A stretch of DNA of 64,000 bases from Dimorphilus gyrociliatus (taxonomy: Eukaryota; Animalia; Annelida): assembly GCA_904063045.1 (NCBI GenBank), contig CAJFCJ010000043.1, positions 65,581-129,580 of the forward strand, written 5' to 3'. A program made the translations under genes and the position numbers. Positions within the stretch are counted from its first letter, which is position 1. Each line of letters starts with the position of its first letter. Positions 58,801 through 64,000 of the stretch are shown here, piece after piece. The notes beneath the pieces are model-generated. The model saw only the letters and a list, made by a program, of their open reading frames with translations. It was not told the origin of the DNA and made no database searches.

Positions 58801-61731
58801 TGGTAAAATACACTTTGGTGATAGGCTATATATTGAACTATGTGTCTGGATTCCACATATTTCACTTTCATGATCACTCAAAAAACATACTGAAAATGAT
58901 AGAATCTTCATTTTGGCAACAGGAGTTGAGCAGATTTGTTCATGATATTCCAATGAAATCTGTTTACAAATATATTCACAGATAGCATTGTTCTGCTGCT
59001 GATCAACAATAGGAAATAGGGAGCCATAAGTTTTTGATTCAAAAAAGATTTCACTGTGAATATTTTCTTCCAAATTCAACTCATAGGAGAGATTTCTCCC
59101 CTTTTCCAGGAATTTTACTTGAAGATCTAAATAAAAAAACAAGAGGGGGAAATATTTAATATTTTTTGGTGTAAAGTTGTCTTCAGAAAGGTAAACCTTG
59201 AATTTCTAAATATGAACAGTAAATTTCATTGAAGGAAGCATAATTGTTATTTTGTGAAGTGTTGAAAAAAACTCTCCTAAAAGTTTTTAGTAACTTGTAT
59301 GAATTTGGTAAGGAGAATTGGCATCTTGGGCAGAGACTTTTATTCTTTTCAGAATTTCCATAAATTTCAAATATTGAACCATTTTCTTTCAAGTACAATT
59401 TGTGTTTGTTCAATAGGTTGTCATGGGAAAATATATCTGTATAATTTGTAATAGACAAACATTTATAAATTTTTTCTGATTAGTTAGTCAGGATACAACA
59501 GAAACTTGTCTAAAAGACAATTCTTTCTGTTGATACTAAAAATAATAAGCTGTACAAACAAGAGGAATTTTTGTGAAAGCACTTAAGTAGAATACCCTCA
59601 GTACTATTTAAATTTCTTCCTACTCTTGAAAAAACATAAACTCAAAAAATGAATGGATTGTTTTATCAAGTTTTGAAGAATATAAATCTTACATTAATTG
59701 TAAAGTATAACTTTGAAAAGTTGCTGCTAAACTTTCAAATTGTATAGCAATATATTTTGAAAGAGAATGAATGTAATCAAATCCCATGATTCCACATATC
59801 TTATTACTCAGCCATTGGGGAATAACAGAAAATTCTAATGACCGAATAAATCTTTCATTATCCATTTGAATTTGAAGAATACCAGTAGAAAATTCTCTTG
59901 TTTTATTTATAGTACTAAGCTTAAATTTTACATTTTGAATATTGTAGAATCTTTTGGTAGCTGAATGAATAAGAAAAAGGGCATGAAGCAATTCAAAGCA
60001 TTTTCAATTTTCTTTCTCTTACTATTTTTCACATTTGGCATACAATTTGTATCAATAATTTGTGCAGACTTGTGTGACATTGTATTGTTATAATAGCAAT
60101 CAACAATGCTGTATAGCACTCTACGACAGCCAGCAATTATTGGTTGGCTCTGAAAACAGATAGATAGATAGTTAGATATGTTTGAATTTGAAACTTGAGT
60201 ATTAGCTATTTTTACCATATAGGTTAGAGAACTTTTACAAAATTTAACTCCAACAGTGTTAAACAATGTTAGACATATAAATAGGCAGGCATCTTCTTTT
60301 TTCACTTTTGTATCAAAGAGTAAATTGTGCTTTGCAAAGGACTTTGTTTCATATGAGAAATGATGAATATTGTGCCTAACATTTGATTGAAATATCTCCA
60401 TATCTATGATTACAGATAAAGATAAAAGAAATTGTAAGATTATTATCCTGTGAAAAGACAAACCACTCAATTCTTCATATGAGCAAGTCATTGTATTCAT
60501 ATTCAAGGATTTTGAAATCTTTTCTATTGTACCATTCTTATTAAGGAATATAATGAATTTTTTATCAGTAAAAAGTTTATTGAAAGAACTCTTAAATTGA
60601 TGGAAGGAGAAAAGAGTTTGTTTACATAATCTTTTCCTTGTCTCATTGTCACCATTTCCTAATTCATAGATAATATTATTCAATTTAAGATTTAGGTTAT
60701 AGGTTCTGATTTCGCTTTTAACTCCAAATACATCTATTTTTGATAAAGAAGAAAAAAGTATAGCAATCTAATCAAAAGATTATATGTGACAGTGTGAGTG
60801 GAGTAAACAGAAAATGTCCTCAAATGACTTTTTTCAGGGTTAAAATTTGGATTGGAATATGATTAGAGTGAATAAGACAGCTATTGATCTGTACTTAAGG
60901 GGGGAGGGGGTACCATCTAAGGGTAAGGAGTAATGAACATGGTTAGGAAGTGACCAGGGCTGGGTTAGGGTCAGGGTAAAATCATACATTTGAGGACATT
61001 TTCTGTGTGAGTTTGTGTTCATGCATGTGTATGTGTGGAAGTGATTGAATTGGTGTCAGGAGAAAATCTCCCCTCAACTAAAGATATTAATTGAAATATT
61101 TATGAAAGTGAATAGTATTATTAAATTAATTTTGAAAATAATTTTGAAAAATTGTTTTAAAAATAAAGAAAATAGTGGATGAAAATGACTGAAATGTATT
61201 GAGGAAGGCAAACAAATTAGATACCAGTTTGGAAATTATTTTCACTAACCTGATTCCAACATCATCCTCAGCTGAATTTATATATAATACTATTCATTTT
61301 AATAAACTTTTTATTAATATGTTAGGTTTTCTGGGGAGATTTTCTCCATAGTTTGATTAGATTTACCAACATGTAATGTTCTTCTTGAAACATTTTACTT
61401 CTGTTTTAAAGCAACCTATATGGGCTGACTTTTTGAATTTCAACTTCTTTTTATTTATATAAAATGTAAAACATTTAAAATTGCTCATGAATTCTCCAAC
61501 TCTTGTAAAGGTGTGAAAGCTATCATAGCCAAGTATATCACACAAACCTATTTTTGAATATTCAATATAGGCTTCATGACGAATAATAGTATTATTGTAA
61601 GTTAAATATCCTTTAACATAGCTATTGGATTCAAACTCAATTTTGATCTTAATGGATATTATCAATATCAACGTGGAAAGAATTATTATTACTCCAATTA
61701 ATCTCCTTTCACAATTAACCATATTTTTCAA
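52806..61731 (-). CDS. LDLa-LRR-7TM receptor gene 3; the SRCR-like exons at 58408-61731 are probably its 5' part
   Basis: LDLa CHSGNKFISYLSVCNFWIDCPDGSDEEYC, CKNGQCINKDKVCNNEVDCFDKSDELC and CSYGQYLCYREAYCISLDLICDGFNQCPQGDDEVDC; LRRs with KICCLSI; TM3 ITVERN; TM6 SHMLTW; TM7 ILPLSSIINPYILS; stop at 52806. Upstream exons carry LCDILGYDSF, ICGIMGFDY and ICSFFGLNYG...FHCPKNSTSFTLC. Joining across the 57-58 kb repeat is inferred. Confidence 0.78.
57113..58072. repeat. Composite repeat, copy 2
   Basis: Matches 51303-52235. Lies inside the inferred large intron of receptor gene 3. Confidence 0.9.
60807..61006. mobile_element. MITE (200 bp), perfect 20-bp TIRs, same family as 7629-7825
   Basis: acagaaaatgtcctcaaatg ... 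catttgaggacattttctgt, with internal ctaaggg...gggttagggtcagggt. Confidence 0.88.
61059..61347. mobile_element. MITE (289 bp) with perfect 15-bp TIRs
   Basis: ggagaaaatctcccc ... ggggagattttctcc, with an AT-rich interior. Confidence 0.75.
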
Positions 61732-61820
61732 GTTATTCGAAAATGTTTAAATTACCCAGTTAAAGGCATTCCCTTTATTTCTCAGTTTAATTTAAATACT
61801 TTGTTCAATAAGTAAACTTT

Positions 61821-61915
61821 TAATAAGATATATTTTCTTGTATTTCTTTAATAAGAAATGTTTTCTTGTATTTCTTTAATAAAAAATATTATCTCATATT
61901 TCTTTAATAAGAGTT
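61821..61915. repeat. Short tandem repeat, ~28-bp unit, about 3 copies
   Basis: aataaga...ttttcttgtatttcttt repeated. Confidence 0.7.
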
Positions 61916-62399
61916 ACAGTTTTTTAATTTAATTTTGATAAAATCAAAATTACGATAAAATAGTTTTTAAACTAAGTTACCACATTTCAAGAGAGCTAAG
62001 TTAAAACTTAGGTTAGTTTAGGCTCCAAAAATAAATTTTCAATAAAATTAGTTGAAAACTTTTTTTTGGAGAATTCTTTTGTTAAAAAAAAATAACTTTT
62101 CTCTGACTGCTATCTAAGTGTTAACTTGGGTCTCTTGAATTTTTTTTTTTGTATTTGATTTCCTATTTATATAATACCTGGGACTCTTCAGAGTCAGTTA
62201 CTGAAATGTGTTAAAGAGGTTTGAGAAACTTGTAAAGACAAGTATACTCTCTGAATATTTATTATTATTTTATAATATCATGGTATGCTTTGATATAGAT
62301 TTTTGTACTAAAAAGAAAAAATTGTTCTACCAAACTTATGTTTGATAAAACAATCTTCCAAGTATTCCAAGTTGGTAGTTATTTTATCCTGACTTGGGT

Positions 62400-63310
62400 G
62401 CCCATAAGCCTTAGGTCTTCGGGTTAGGGTTAGCTTATGTATTGTTGTAAATTCTTCAACCACAGTTGTTCTAGCCATTTGTAGTTTGGTCCTTTGTTTT
62501 CATTGTACACCAGGAGATTGCCTTTTTTAATAAGCTTCTATCCATTTAAAGTTGTCTTTGATAATAACATTATTCTACATTGTATCTCACTTAACATAAG
62601 TGTTTGTTTCTCAACTCTATGTTTCTTTGCTCCAAAGAAGTAGTGAGTGCCAAAGTTGATTCTTCTCTTTACCAAACACTTAAACACTTATATTGCTAAT
62701 TTATCAGCTTTAATTTCATAGATATTTGCCATTATTTTAGTCATTTGTTTTGTTTCAAATGTGCAAACTGGTTCATTAGCCAAATCAAATGATTGGTATA
62801 CCTGTTGTCCTTGACAGAATTGTACTGAAGGAAGCATTCTGACAGTGATGTTTGCTTTCGTTATTGATACATTTCCATTTTGTTCTTTATAGAAATTTAT
62901 CTCAACAGGTTTATTTTTTAATTTCATAACCTGTAATCTGTTTTCATTTCTGTCTTCATCATCATCATCTAAATTGTCATCCAGACAATCATCTAATTCT
63001 TCTAGGTCTTCATTGTCAATGTCAAAGCATTTAAGCATATCTTTTCTCTCAGCTAATTTGGGAGCTGTATTGCCATTCTGTTTTTCTCCATTTACTCTGT
63101 CTCTGAGTAAATTTCTAAAATCAATTACTTTATCAGTCTCTCCATTTCTTGATACCCAATCTGCTCAGTTAGATTATTTCAAAATCCACATCTATAAGGG
63201 CCATAACCCATTTTATAGTACTTGAATTTAGTTTGCTTTTTACATAAGTTTGTACTAGATTTTGATGATCAGTGTAGAGAAAAAATTTCGGTATTTCTGT
63301 ACCCATACTG
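62400..63310 (-). mobile_element. Ty3/gypsy pol remnant (RNase H C-terminal part and integrase Zn-finger-like traces)
   Basis: KFFLYTDHQNLV...KWVMALIDVDFEII matches the gypsy RNase H F.LYTDH..L...W...L.DYDFEI. Downstream HYFFGAKK...WCTQ*K resembles HHCC (weak). Acidic insert in between. Confidence 0.65.
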
Positions 63311-63315
63311 AGTGA

Positions 63316-64000
63316 AGGGTAAAGGACAGTTGACCCCTGGACAGTTGACCCCCATCCAGACAGTTGACCCCCGGACAGTTGACCCCCTTCCAGAAAGAAT
63401 TTGGAAATTTCTCTTAATACATCATCAGCTGTTTTATTGGCATTTGCAAATTCTTCCCAAACTAAACATATTTTACCTTGCAATTCCATGTATTTCACTT
63501 TCTGTATCCTACATATCTTTTTCTCTGACAACAACCTTTGATTCATGATTTAACTTCAAAATTAAATTGTAAAAATTAATGCTTTGTCCACAGTGACTGT
63601 TTAGTCTATGATGCCAGGATTCTACATCAATGTTGGTTCTGATGGTCACTTGGTAGATTGACCAATTATTTATTTTCCAAATATTATTTCTAATAAAAAT
63701 TCTTTCAAAATAATCCAAAAAATCCAGAAATAAATTTTTCTCAACAAGTTCTCCTTTAATAGTTTTGAATTGTCTTTTAATGATGTTAGCAGGTAAGAAT
63801 GGTAAAGACATTATTTTTCAAAGCATTTCACCTCCATAATTTTTTTCTTTATAATCTTTTACATATCCAAGATGCTTCAATAAATAAAAAACTTTTGTAA
63901 TTCTCAAATGACTATTTATACAATGAATACTTGTATTTTCTCAAAAACTGCATTTTTAAAATGATAAACACATCCTTGAATTGTTGTTGTTGGAAACATT
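63316..64000 (-). mobile_element. MULE (Mutator/Phantom-like) element end: defective transposase 3' half plus a terminal repeat array; continues beyond the window
   Basis: FPTTTIQGCVYHFKNAVFEKIQ|HLGY...SLPFLP...FLDYFERIFI...RTNIDVESWHHRLN...IWEE-like tail. 56-bp GT-AG intron at 63875-63930. Four ggacagttgacccc repeats at 63323-63387. One stop and one frameshift. Confidence 0.9.

Noticed and set aside
63323-63387. CRISPR-like or regulatory array of ggacagttgacccc
   Set aside because: No unique spacers and eukaryotic context; it is the MULE terminal array, and the GGQLSG peptide is an artefact.

Overview
Eukaryotic, very AT-rich (about 70-75% AT by eye) nuclear DNA with short GT-AG introns (55-74 bp where I could place both ends). 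There are no rRNA, tRNA or CRISPR features. The gene families fit an invertebrate, probably lophotrochozoan, genome; a compact annelid such as Dimorphilus is a guess, not a determination. The window is a repeat-rich birth-and-death island. It holds three tandem minus-strand LDLa-LRR-7TM (GRL101/LGR type C-like) receptor genes with extra SRCR-like and lectin-like N-terminal modules, plus several pseudogenic fragments of the same family. It holds three intronless ribonuclease-inhibitor-type LRR ORFs, one a complete RING/B-box/coiled-coil/LRR (TRIM-like) protein whose stop codon runs in frame into a DEG/ENaC TM2 remnant. It also holds an intronless 989-aa multi-pass membrane protein with four tandem RING-like units, enclosed by inverted copies of an LTR-like repeat. 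Other genes are a 4-intron DEG/ENaC channel, a 3-intron GNAT acetyltransferase, a CxxC-repeat protein ending in a Ly6/uPAR-like domain, a small PPxY membrane protein and ITIH-C-terminal-like pseudogene fragments. Mobile DNA includes Tc1, mariner, MULE and Ty3/gypsy remnants and MITEs. The best candidates for an undescribed system are the intronless E3-ligase-like genes (TRIM-LRR family and TM-4xRING). All family assignments are from motif recognition by eye, not from database searches.
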